DNA from: Malacoraja senta
Taxonomy: Eukaryota
Assembly: GCA_038087875.1 (NCBI GenBank)
Contig: CM075987.1
Span: 20,152,001 to 20,216,000, forward strand
Length of the DNA: 64,000 bases
Direction of reading: 5' to 3'
This document shows, piece after piece, positions 25,001-36,203 of this stretch. The notes beneath the pieces were generated by a model. The model searched no databases. It was not told the DNA's origin and saw nothing but the letters and a program-made list of their open reading frames with translations. The first letter of the stretch is position 1. Each line of letters opens with the position of its first letter. Both the position numbers and the translations under genes were made by a program.

Positions 25001-26981
25001 TACTTCCAATTACCGACAAAACCTTATCTGACTTGTGTCTGCTCATTCACCAGATCCTTCTAAAGTCCACTACTATTTTGCTCAATATTTTCTCTGCTGC
25101 TAGTTTTTGCATCACTGATAAATCATGAAAATGCTCTCCCTGTATCTTTCTCTCGATCATTTCTATGTACCGCTACAACAATGGCCCCCAACCCTACTGC
25201 ACACTTCCTTTCAATCACCTGCCTTTTTTAATCCTTTGCTAATTTCCTACTCACGTTATCAGCATGTCATTAACGTCACACCCTTCGGTATGGTCAATTA
25301 TCATGCAAGAAGTTTATCCAAAGAATAAAGCCAGGGACTCTGAACACAGACGGTCTCAATGCTTTATGGATTATTTAACACCTTCTGAAACACCCAGTAT
25401 CGGCCAATATCGCTCAGAGCACCAGAACACCGATTTAATTTTCATTCGGAATATAGGATTAGATTTATTATTGTCACGTGTACCGAGATACATTGAAATA
25501 CTTTTTTTTGCAATGCTATCCAATCAAATCAGGTGATACTGAACTCAAATACAATCAAACCGAACTCAAGAACAATGGGTAGAGTGAAGGGAAAATACTG
25601 AGCACAGAATACAGTTCACAGCATTGTAGTGTCCAGTTCCATTGACAAAGTCCAATGTCCGCAATGAGGTAGAGGAGACTTGGTCTGTACCCTAGCTTAT
25701 GGATGGATGGATCAGAAGCCTACACAAGGTCTTTAAATATCTTTTCTTGTTTAATCTTGTTAACATTGCACAATTAAACCTGACCGATTAAAACTAAAAG
25801 TGAGACCATTAGTTTATGATTGGGCTGTAAAGGTACAAATCAAAGGCTCAGTTCATAATGAGTATAAACATCTTGAGCAAAGTTACATAATTCCTTCCCT
25901 GAAAGACATTGGTAAACATGCATAGTGTTCATGATGACCTGGATGGTTAAATTCCTGATCACAGCCCAGATTTCTTGAACTCTGTTTCACAATTTAACAC
26001 ATCAGGAAATGACCAGAAGAGTTGTGTGATTATTCAGTTCCACATTTCCCAGACAACCCACATATTGTTGCTACCTAACATTTCCCAGCAAACAAAACAA
26101 AGTAGCCATAATTCTTCAAAATAATTTGCCGAAAACAAAATTCTATTCAAATAAATACTGAGAAGGAACTTACAGGGGCGAAGGGCCTATTTCCGCACTG
26201 TATTTCTAAACTAAACTAAACTCTGGCGACTAGAACAGAAAACCAGGGATTGCTCTCCTTTCCGATACAGGGAGTGCAGGACTGTAGGTCCAGTTAAACC
26301 AAGGCCTCCGTACCCTTTTCAACAGTAACTCCAGCTCCATGTGTTACCCACAAATAGACTTGCATTTACACAGCATCTCTGTGATCCCAGAGCTTCAAGA
26401 TATTTTCAAGGGTTGAAGTACCTTTGAAATGTTGTAATAATCTGAACCACTGCAGACAAATTACACAGAGCAAGATTTTACAAGCAACATTGTGACAATG
26501 TCCATATTAATCTGTTGTTTGTAGGATTGGTTAAAATAAATGAATATCAGCCAGCACTCTGCCCGGTCTTGAAGTTGTGCTCTGGGATCAATTTGGAGTT
26601 GTTAGGCCTGGACCTCAGTATGGGTGCTGTCTGTACGGAGTTTGTACGTTCTCCCCGTGACCGTGTGGTTGAGCTCCAACCCAGGGGGGCAGGCAGGCAG
26701 GCCCTGGTTTAGTGTTCCAGATAACGTCAGCCTTGTTATTGTGCTCAAATTCCTGGCATGGGCCTTGAACCCACCACATTCTGACTTGGAGGCAAGAGTG
26801 TCACCCATTGAGCAAGAGCAGTCAGCATGGTCAGCTCTCAGGGTCGGGCAGAACATTCCGTTACTGCTTCATGAAGAAGGCTTCTGGTTAAAGATCTTAT
26901 TTATGCACAATAATAGCTCCTGGCAGTAGTCCAGGAAAACACCTCATCTTGTGATGAAACCAGAAATGGACAGGATGCTAT

Positions 26982-27039
26982 TGGGCAAAACATTTTGCCC
27001 ATATTCAGATTGCAACAAACTCCAAGGCTCCTATATAAA
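26982..27039 (+). promoter_or_regulatory. Core promoter of the lipocalin gene: TATA box, C/EBP-type site, inverted repeat
   Basis: TATATAAA at 27032-27039, 54 bp before the ATG; ATTGCAACA at 27009-27017 (reverse TGTTGCAAT fits T(T/G)NNGNAA(T/G)); TGGGCAAAA-ca-TTTTGCCCA at 26982-27001. Confidence 0.6.
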
Positions 27040-27092
27040 CCCCAGTGCTGCTAACTCTCTACAAGACGTTGGCAAACAACGCGGCCAGGACA

Positions 27093-27209
27093 ATGGTTGC
27101 CCTCTCCCTGCTGATCTTCATCGCTGCCAGCCTGATCCAGTTGTCCGCTGCTGGTCCATCCGACTGTAAGAAGCTCCAGCCGAAAAAGATCGACCTGAAG
27201 AGTCAGGCG
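27093..27209 (+). CDS. Lipocalin (orosomucoid/alpha-1-acid glycoprotein-like) exon 1, signal peptide
   Basis: ACAATGG Kozak context; MVALSLLIFIAASLIQLSAA-GPSDCKKLQPKKIDLKSQA|gtaaga, phase 0. Full CDS join(27093-27209,29386-29528,31793-31863,32790-32900,34311-34414,36204-36245) = 588 bp, 195 aa, open throughout. Confidence 0.88.
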
Positions 27210-27449
27210 GTAAGAAAGCATAAATCAAACTGAAAAGGACAAAAATAATAGCTGGCATTTTTCAAATCTTTGTTTGTGCAAAACCATTTTATTTCTTTTT
27301 TAAAGTGTTTTTTACTGTGGTGAAATGTTTTGCTATAGCAGGCTCCCACAAACAAAACGGTAATGACCAGACAATCTCTTATCAGTGAGAATAGTTGAGG
27401 AGTGAACATTAACAGGACATTATGATAAATGTTATATTAGGATTAGGAC

Positions 27450-27845
27450 TGAGATGTGGAAAAACTTTTTCACCCAGAAAGTTGTGAATCTGTGGAATTC
27501 TCTGCCACAGAAGGCAGTGGAGGCCAGTTCACTGGATATTTTTAAGAGAAAGTTAGATTTAGCTCTTAGGGTTAAAGGAATCAAGGGATATGGGGGAAAA
27601 AAACAGGAATGGGGTACTGATTTTAGATCTGAAGAAGGGTCACGACCTGAAACGTCATCCATTCCTTGTCTGCCTGACCCGCTGAGTTACTCCAGCATTT
27701 TGTGTCTACCTTCGATTTAAACCAGCATCTGCAGTTCTTTCCTACTGATTTTAGATGATCAACCATAATCATATTGAATGGCGGTGCTGGCTTGAAGGGC
27801 CAAATGGCCTACTCCTGCGCCTATTTTTCTATGTCTATGTTTCTA
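27450..27845 (+). mobile_element. CR1 3' tail interrupted by a 114-bp Penelope-derived insert (27629-27742)
   Basis: FFTQKVVNLWNSLP motif; insert flanked by the 14-bp direct repeat TACTGATTTTAGAT (27615-27628, 27743-27756). Confidence 0.85.
27629..27656 (+). ncRNA. Minimal hammerhead-ribozyme motif of Penelope-like-element type
   Basis: CTGAAGA-A-GGGTC ac GACCT-GAAA-CG-TC: CUGANGA core, stem II, GAAA, palindromic ACGU stem III, GUC cleavage triplet. Activity untested. Confidence 0.6.
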
Positions 27846-29385
27846 AATCATTAAAATGGTGCAATGAGATCTTTTATGACATTCTTGGAGGGTGATGGTT
27901 TAACAATTGCATCGAAAGGTAGCTCAAGAGTGTTTTGTTTATGATGGAGACCTGAACCTTGTCTAAATAACACGGTACAACTGACCCATTGAATACATGA
28001 GTACTTGACTTTGATTCAGAACATGCAAACCTTCCGTCACTTCTCTCAGAGAGATACACCAATTTGTCCTTGAAATCTCCAGTAATGAAATTGGATTTTG
28101 GATTCAGGCGAGGATCTGACAATCAGGACGATGGAACCAAACTGCATTTTGCTGTTTTTCCATTCATTCGTTATGAAAGTGTTGGAGTTGATGTTGGGAA
28201 GGACCATTGGAATGAGTTAAAAATTATGGAACCGAGTCTTTTCACTCTCCCAATTGGCCGTGGGGAGAATGGGCACAAGGATGGATGTGTCAGCCGACTA
28301 ATGACATGAGTGTTGGGGATGGAACAAGATGCCAGGTGAGGAGACCTCTGAGAGTACACTCAGCCAGCGGTGGGAACCCATTGGAAGAGTGTCTCCAGTT
28401 CTCAGCTAAGCTTCAGTTACCATGGCTTGCGTGGTTCTGCTTTACAAACCTGACTGATCTCTCCAGCCATTGAGGAGTTGGTGGACAGCAAATCAGGAAC
28501 GTGGGTTCCATCAACCATTCCATCAACCATGCCACAATGTAGACCCACCCTGCAGTGTGACAAAGAAGGGGAGGTCTCCAGTGGCCAGGGCAATATTCAC
28601 GCTTCATCCAAAGTCATTGACACCAACAATCAACTATTTATCCCCTTCCTGCTTAAAGCAGCTTTCAGGGCATGGATGGTTGCTGCGTTTCAGATATAAT
28701 AGAGTCACACAGCATGGAAACAGGCCCTTCAGCCCAACTTATCCATGCCAATCAAGATGCCCCATCTAAGCTAATCCCATTTGCCAGTGTTTGGCCCATA
28801 CCAGTCTAAACCTTTCCTATCCATGCACCTGTCCAAGTGTCTTATAAATGTTGTTATAGTATCGGTTTCAACTGCCTCCTATGGCAGATCATTTCATATA
28901 CCCATCACCTTCCAAGTAAAGAAGTTTCCCCTCATGCTCCTGATAAATCTTGCCCCTCTAAACTTAAATCCAGGTCTGGTTTTTGATTTCCCTATCTTGA
29001 GTTAAAACTTCTGTGCATTCATCCTCATGGTTTTATACACCACCACAAGATCATCCCTCAGTCTCTTGTGCTCCAAGGGAAAAAGTCCTAACCCTCCCGA
29101 CCTCTCCCTATAGCTCAGGCCTTCAAGTTCTGGCAACATTCTCATAAATCTTTCCTGCACTCGTTCCAGCTCCAGAGAGCTTGGTTCAAGTTTACCGACA
29201 GTATAATGTCTATACTTTATAAGAACCTCATTGTTTGTAAATTACTTTGAGACATCCTGACAAGCTTTGTTGTACCTTTGAAGATTATGTCACAGAACCT
29301 GTGTCTATAGAAGAAATGTTGAGAAACCTTTAGCATCCACCGTCCATTCACAACGATGCCTTGTTCTCTTCTTCATCTCCAATAG

Positions 29386-29528
29386 TTCTCTGGCAAATGG
29401 TACTTGCTGCGCTGGGCAACACAGTATGAGCCTTATCGAAAGGAGTTTGGCCACGTGGACAATGCATACTTTGTCAACTCACCTGTTGTCCGAATGAACA
29501 AAACATTGATGAAGGGCTACATGCGAGT
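29386..29528 (+). CDS. Lipocalin exon 2, 143 bp, SCR1 motif
   Basis: ccaatag|FSGKWYLLRWATQYEPYRKEFGHVDNAYFVNSPVVRMNKTLMKGYMR-GT|gtaagt; the G-x-W-Y lipocalin signature sits at the exon start; phase 2 out. Confidence 0.9.
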
Positions 29529-29817
29529 GTAAGTACACTTTACGCAGGGTCTTCCATCTCGTCCCTCTTTGGTAACTGGCTAAGCACATTCAGTCTGTGA
29601 CCCTGGCCATGCACACCGGCACCACAGGTAGTGTGGCTGCCTGGGCTTTATCCCAACATCCAGTGCCATCTGTGTGGAGTTTGCACGTTCACCCTGCGAC
29701 CGTGTGGGATTCCTCCGGGTGCTCCAGTTTCTGGACCTGGGGATTGGTATCTTAAGTTACCACTGCGGGGTAGCACATGAATGTGGAGGAGTTGATGCAA
29801 AAAGATTATAGAGAACA

Positions 29818-30123
29818 GTGGCACGGCGGCGCAGCGGTAGAGTTGCTGCCTTACAGCGCCAGAGACTCGGGTTCAATCCAGACTACGAGTGCTGTCTGTA
29901 CGGTGTTTGTACGTTCTCCCCGTGACCGTGTGGGTTTTCTCCGAGATCTTCAGTTTCCTCCCACACTCCAAAGACGTACAAGTTTGTAGGTTAATTGACT
30001 TGGTACAAATGTAAATTGTCCCGCGTGTGTGTAGGACAGTGTCAGTGTGGGAGATCGCTGGTTGGTGCGGACTCGGTGGTCCGAAAGGCCTGTTTCCGCG
30101 CTGTATCTCTAAATTAAACTAAA
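29818..30123 (+). mobile_element. tRNA-derived V-SINE (HE1-like), near full length
   Basis: Box A (GGCGCAGCGG), box B (GGTTCAATCC), V-SINE-like core (gtacgttctccccgtgacc), CR1-like tail ending (CTAAA)n. Partial copies near 8625-8775, 17810-17970, 24225-24415 and 38905-39150. Confidence 0.85.
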
Positions 30124-30294
30124 GACGCAGCAAATGATGGGGTTGCTCAAAACCTCTGGTAATAACTTCTTTTTAAGAAGTGTTCACATATTTGCTGCCC
30201 TTCGGATGAGGAGAAATTGATTTTCATGACCAGATAGTGAACCCAGTTGGGAAATCAGTAAACTCTACCCTGGGGGATAACTGATCACTTAAAG

Positions 30295-31397
30295 CCGGGG
30301 TCGGCAACCTTGTGCATAGGGGCCCGATTCCATGTCTGTGAGCGGTTGGAGGGCTGCATCAAATAAAGTTTATTTAATAAACCTCAACATATTTATATAT
30401 TTATTTATACAATGCGCTGTGCGGTTCAGGTCTGAGGGACGGGGACTTCCTGGCTCAGGGAGATCACATAACGGGGGGAGAGAGAGAGAGAGAGAGAGTG
30501 AGGGAGGGAGAGGAGAGAGGAAGCCCGGGACGGAGCAGCCAACCACCACCTCCAGCGGTTGCAGCCGAAGGACACTGTAGCTGGCTGGCGGGCCGGCAGA
30601 AAGCGCTGAGGTGGCGGCCGGTTCCGCTGTCCAGTCCCGGCGGCCACTCGCAGCCACCCGAGCTACTTCCCTCCCCGGCCACAATGCGGTGGCTCCGCAC
30701 CCGGAGCGCCGCGGCAGCGGTGAGTGAGTTGCTGCCATGATCTCCGACCCCCTCCTTCTCAACGCTCCTGCCCTCCCCCCAATTTTGCTACTTTGTGCAG
30801 CCCAGGCCGTGCTGACCCGGGCCAGACTCCCCACACGCTGTGGAAATGAACTCTTCCCACCCAGCGGCGCTGTCCTTTTACAGCCGATTCCCATCTCACA
30901 CAGTTCCAGGGTTGAAGGCGTGCCAGGTTCCGTGGAGCAGTCTCTACGAGAGTGGCATTGCTCGGCCAACTCCACTCCAGTGGACGGCCACTGTCCCTGC
31001 TGCCCCGGTGGAAAGCTGCTCCGTCTTCCCGCCCTGGGGACCGGACCCGAGTCTTGGTAGAATGTCACTATCAGCAAACTGGACCTAGCCACCCAGCCAG
31101 AGAATGGAAATCAGCTGCCAGCAATGAGGGATAGACTTGGCTATCCCTCAGTACAGCAACATCAGGAACAATGTTCCAGGGTGAACGAGCAGCAGGCACT
31201 GCAGCCACTGCAAATGCAAATTCACTTTTAGATGCGGGAAAAAAATATATATACGACCGCAGGCCGGATGTATGCGAAACAATATATATAAATATACAAC
31301 CGCGGGCTGGATGAATGCGGGAAAAAAATACTGCGGGTTGGATGATTTCCAGTTATGGGCCGCATTCGGTCCGGGGGCCGTAGGTTGCCATACCTTG
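30295..31397. mobile_element. Non-autonomous hAT (Charlie-like) element with GC-rich interior
   Basis: Termini CCGGGGTCGGCAACCT / AGGTTGCCATACCTTG; subterminal blocks shared with 33189-33647; no TSD recognisable. Confidence 0.65.
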
Positions 31398-31792
31398 GGA
31401 GGGGGAGTTTCTTTGGATGCTCAGGTCAAGTCTGGAATAGCACAGAACAATTCTTCCTCCGAGCCTTTTAGAAATATAATTATGGGTAGATGTCAATAGT
31501 TTCCACTAGTGGAAGAGTCTTAAAGGAAGTGGAGCAGCTGGGGGGTGGGGTGGGTAAAACATGGTTTCAAAATATAGGGCCGGTTATTTAAAACCAAAAT
31601 TAACTACATTCTACACCAGATGCTCCATTGAGTGCAGCAACTCAATGGAGCATCCACAGGAGAGGGAATAATCCAGCAACAAATCAATCCATCAAATGAA
31701 CTGAGGCCCCGAGGAAGGAATAAAGCCATTAACACAGAGAAGGGACTCACCAGTTCTTACTTGGACACCAATTCCTTTTTTATTTCACCCAG

Positions 31793-31863
31793 AGGAGACG
31801 AATGCATCTCGGAAATAGAGGCCTACCGCTTGTCAAATAATGGCATGGATTTCACCTGTGAAG
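31793..31863 (+). CDS. Lipocalin exon 3, 71 bp, GC donor
   Basis: ttttatttcacccag|A-GDECISEIEAYRLSNNGMDFTCE-G|gcaagt; phase 2 in, phase 1 out; carries the conserved barrel Cys. Confidence 0.85.
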
Positions 31864-32789
31864 GCAAGTACCAATATTAGGAGTTAAGCAAAAGTATGAT
31901 TGATTGTGCATCTTAGCTCAGCAAATCACAATTATGATTTCCAAAAGTCATCTGAACGGATATATAGACAGGAAGGGCGCAGAGCAATATGGGCCAAATA
32001 CAGGCAAATGTGGCTAGCCCAGAATGCCAACGTTGGTATGGACAAGTTGGGCCAAAGGGCCTGTTTCCATGCTCCATCATTCAATGGGTAGAAATATCAC
32101 GTTGATAAAACTCAATAGTAACATTCAAGCTTGGGAAAATCATTAGCCACTCAATTCTGCCATACAAGAGGATGATGTCAGGTAAATCTAACTTTTGTCT
32201 AGAAATTGGAATGCAAAGCACACTTTCGTTTAGGAACTAATCATGCAATGTTGAATAGGACGGGAGTGAATTTGCTCTGTCTGTAATAAATTCCATGGTC
32301 AATGCCAGATAGTCTTTCGGGTTTTAACCTTTCTCCGTTTGGACATCATAGTAATGTTACAACAAGCGCATTTCCCAGGCTTAACACAGGGCATTTCAGC
32401 GAGTATCTGAATTCACCTGGGGCAGACAGGTAAGGACAGCAGACACCCACCGGTAAGACACAGGTGAACCACATTTTTTAAATGATAAAATAACAGTTCT
32501 TGTGATCATTATTACAAAGTCCAGTTTCTATTTTAAATTCCAGGTTATTTACTGAATTTAATTTCCTCAGGTAAGATTTGAACTCTGGGCTGGATTGTCA
32601 GTCCAGGCCTTCGGCCTATTGATCCCAGAATCTAAGCACAGTGCCACCAGTTTATTGTTTTTCAATAACCTGCTACAAGTAATTCCCAATCCTGCCGTGC
32701 AACACTATATCAGCAATGGGCCCCACAATGCTAAACATTGCTTTCTACTTGGAAAGTTGGTAAAGTTTTTTTTCTTTGTTCACTTGTAG

Positions 32790-32900
32790 CAAAACCATTT
32801 ATGGTGTTCAGAATTCTCAACACAAAGATTCGAACTTCCTTGCTTTTCCACATGCAAGAGAAGAGAGAAGGCAGAATCTTCCACACAATCTCCCTCTATG
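32790..32900 (+). CDS. Lipocalin exon 4, 111 bp
   Basis: cacttgtag|CA-KPFMVFRILNTKIRTSLLFHMQEKREGRIFHTISLY-G|gtgagt; phase 1/1; ends at the start of SCR3 (SLY-GR). Confidence 0.88.
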
Positions 32901-33188
32901 GTGAGTGCACGGTGCCTTATGCAGGTAAACGCTCAATGAAGAATAGTTTCTAAGCCACGGTATCTTTAGTTTAGTTTATTATTGTCACATGTATCAAGGT
33001 GTAGCAAAAAGATTTTTGTTGCATGCTATCCAGTCAAAGACAAGACTATAACTGATTACAACCAGGTCGTCCACAATGTCCAGATAAAAGGTACAACCGT
33101 TAGTGCAATATAAAATCCAATAAAGTCAGATTAAAGATAGTTCAAAGGTCTCCAAAGAGGTAGGTGAGGTCAGTACCACACTCTAGCT

Positions 33189-33647
33189 CAGGGGTGGGCA
33201 ACCTTGTTCTGCATAGGGGCCGGGACGCATGTCTGTGAGCGGATGGCGGGCCACATCTATCACGTGTACATATGGATCCCGCCCCCATCCCGCCCCAGAT
33301 GCCAGGCATCAAATCACGTGTTCACAGAAGGAAGACAAAAATGCTGAGGAAACTCAGCGGGTGAGGCAGCCTCATGCAATCCTTGCATGTCTCACCCGCT
33401 GAGTTTCTCCAGCATTTTTGTCTACCTTCGATTTTTCCAGCATCTTTCTTAAACGTGTTCACAGAAGGTGCGCGGCCGTGCCGGCGGCTTTGCGCAGGAT
33501 ACGGTACAGCCAGAGCTCGGCTGTGCGCTTGGCCACACTCGGGGCGGGCGCTCGGCGGGCCGGATGATTACGGGGGGGAAAAATCCACCTGCGGGCCAGA
33601 TGATTTCGGGTTATGGGCCGCATTCGGCCATAGGTTGCCGACCCCTG
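33189..33647. mobile_element. Non-autonomous hAT-Charlie-like element with 8-bp TSD
   Basis: TIRs CAGGGGTGGGCAACC / GGTTGCCGACCCCTG; TSD CTCTAGCT at 33181-33188 and 33648-33655; inserted into a minus-strand LINE tail (~32965-33880). Confidence 0.9.
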
Positions 33648-34310
33648 CTCTAGCTGGTGAGAAGATGGTTCAGATGCCTGATAGCAGCTGGGAAGAAACA
33701 GTTTCCAAATTGGAAGTATGAGTTTTCAAATTGCTGTACCTCTTAGCTGAGGGTGTGACCAGGGTAAAACTGGTCCTCAAATATGCTGGTGGTCTTGCCG
33801 AGGCAGCGTGGTCTAGAGGGAGTCAATGGAAGGGAGGTTGGTTTGCCTGATGTCTGGGCAATGTCCGCAACTCTCTGCAGTGGGTCAGAGGATTTATCTT
33901 ACTTCCTACCCTGTTGTCCCTCCATCTTCCCCTCCAGTTGCCCCTCATATTCATTCATCTCCCTGCTCTTTTAATCTTCCCATCTATCTTTACTTCTACC
34001 TGCTCACCTCCACTCCCCTCCGCCCCCCTTGCCGCCTTCCCTAGTCCCTATGTTACGTACCAACACACTTCCTCCTCCTCTTCCCCTTCCCTTTCTACTT
34101 CCCTCTACAAGCCTCTCTCTCTTCTACCAACTTGCCCCTTTCACCCACCCCTTGGCCCAAAGGCACCGCCTCCAGTAGTCTTGCAAACAATATTGCCTCT
34201 TTATCAGATGTGTCTTCTCGTAGTCAACATGTACCAAGGCAAATAGGAAATTACCTCCTCAAGATTTATGACCAGAGAACATAAACCATTTTATTTTTGT
34301 TCATCAACAG

Positions 34311-34414
34311 GTCGAAACCCAATTGCAATGGAGAATGAATTGAAGATCTTTGATGATCAGGTGCAATGTGTGGGAATGAAGAGTGATAAAATTGTAGTCC
34401 CACCTCGACTGAAG
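34311..34414 (+). CDS. Lipocalin exon 5, 104 bp
   Basis: tcaacag|GT-RNPIAMENELKIFDDQVQCVGMKSDKIVVPPRLK|gttggc; completes LYGR (SCR3) and the C-terminal helix with its Cys; phase 0 out. Confidence 0.88.
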
Positions 34415-34456
34415 GTTGGCTTCTTATTTTCATTCCAGACATAAATGCTCAGGATA

Positions 34457-34874
34457 GACACAAATAGCTGGAGTCACTCAGCGGGTCAGGCAGCATCTTT
34501 GGAGAGATGGAATAGGTGACATTTCGGGTCGAGACCCTTCCCCTGAAGAAGGGTCTCGACCTGAAATGTCACCTATTCATAGATACATAGAAACATAGAA
34601 AATAGGTGCAGGAGTAGGCCATTCGGCCCTTCGAGCCTGCACCGCCATTCCATATGATCATGGCTGATCATCCAACTCAGTATCCCGTACCTGCCTTCTC
34701 TCCATACCCCCTGATCCCCTTAGCCACAAGGGCCGCATCTAACTCCCTCTTAATTATAAGAGGGAGTTAGATGCCTGCATTCCTTTTCTCCAGAGATGCT
34801 GCCTGACCCGCTGAGTTACTCCAGCTTTGTGTGTCTACCTGTGGTTTAAACCAGCATCTGCCGTTCCTTCCTGC
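34457..34874. mobile_element. Penelope-derived short insertion with inverted structure and nested CR1 tail
   Basis: 18-bp direct repeat ACATAAATGCTCAGGATA at 34439-34456 and 34875-34892; head-to-head copies around 34510-34578; CR1 3' end at ~34580-34755. Confidence 0.75.
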
Positions 34875-36203
34875 ACATAAATGCTCAGGATATAGTTTTC
34901 TTGTGACAAGTCATAACTCCCTGAAAATGACAATACAAGCAGATAGAGTGGTAAAGAAGGAATATGATAGGCTTGCTTTCGTAGGTGAGGGGATTGAACA
35001 TAAAAATCAGGATGCATCTTTATGGGAGGTTTATCAAAATGATGCCAGGATTAGGGGGTATTAGCTACAGGGAGAGGTTAGACAGACTTGGATAGATGTC
35101 CCTGGAACATTGGAGATTACGGTGGGACCTGATAGAAGTAGATAAAATTATGAAAGGCATAGATAGGGTAGACAGTCAGAACCTTTTTCTCAGGATGGCA
35201 AACTCAAAGACTAGAGGTCATAGCTTTAAGGTGAGAGGGGTAAAGTTTATAGGAGATGTGCAGAGCAAGTTTTAGTTTTTTTACACTGAGGGTGGTTAGT
35301 GCCCGGAATGTGCTGCTGGGGGTGGTGTTTGCAGAAGATGTGATTGTGGCATTCAAGAGATTTTTAATAGGTACGTGGATATGCAGGGATTTAGGGATAT
35401 GGATTAGGTGTAGGAAGTTAAGAGTTGGTGTTGGCACATTATCGGCCGAAGGGCCTGTTCCTGTGCAGTATTGATCTATGTTCTACGTGATGGGACATGC
35501 TGGTACAGCATTCTGGTACCTTATAAAGTTAAATGCTACATTTTCAAATGGTTCGAATTTTTAATGTTGCAAGGTTAGTACTAAAGTTTAAAAAATAAAA
35601 TGTAATAATTCAATTATGTGGTCAGGCCTTTAAACAGGTTAAGCAGTTTATAGGATGACAATCTGCCCGAGACACCAATAGCAAGGAACATTATGCCTTC
35701 CAGCACCTTTTTTTAATTCAAAATCATTGGTTTTCGCAGCTCAAAAGCAAAGACCTAATACTTATGTCATTATTGGCTCTCGACAATAATTTCCAACTAC
35801 ACCTGACATCTGCCAGTCTCACAAATATGAGTGCATCAGAAATACTGTTCCTGCTCTAAACTGCATCAAAACACTGAGTTCTGGAGTAACTCAGTGATCA
35901 GGCAGCATTTGTGGAGGGAATGGTCCTGACCCAAACGTCACATCACCTATCCATTCTCTCCACAGATGCTGCTTGACCCACCGAGTTACTCCAGCACTTA
36001 GTGATTTACTCGAGATTCCTGCATCTGCAGTTCCTTGTGTGTCTATCAAAAAATCTGTAAACACTTGACTCAAAGTAAACTAGAATTTGTTATCATGCAG
36101 ATGAAGCTCTTTAAATTCCTGATGTACTCTGATAGAATAAACACTGTTGCTGCTGTCTTAAACACGTTTCCCATTACAGAATGCTTTGTTTTCTCTCCTT
36201 CAG

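Noticed and set aside
30370..31134. Overlapping long ORFs on both strands
   Set aside because: Caused by GC-rich transposon interior lacking stop codons; no domain signature.
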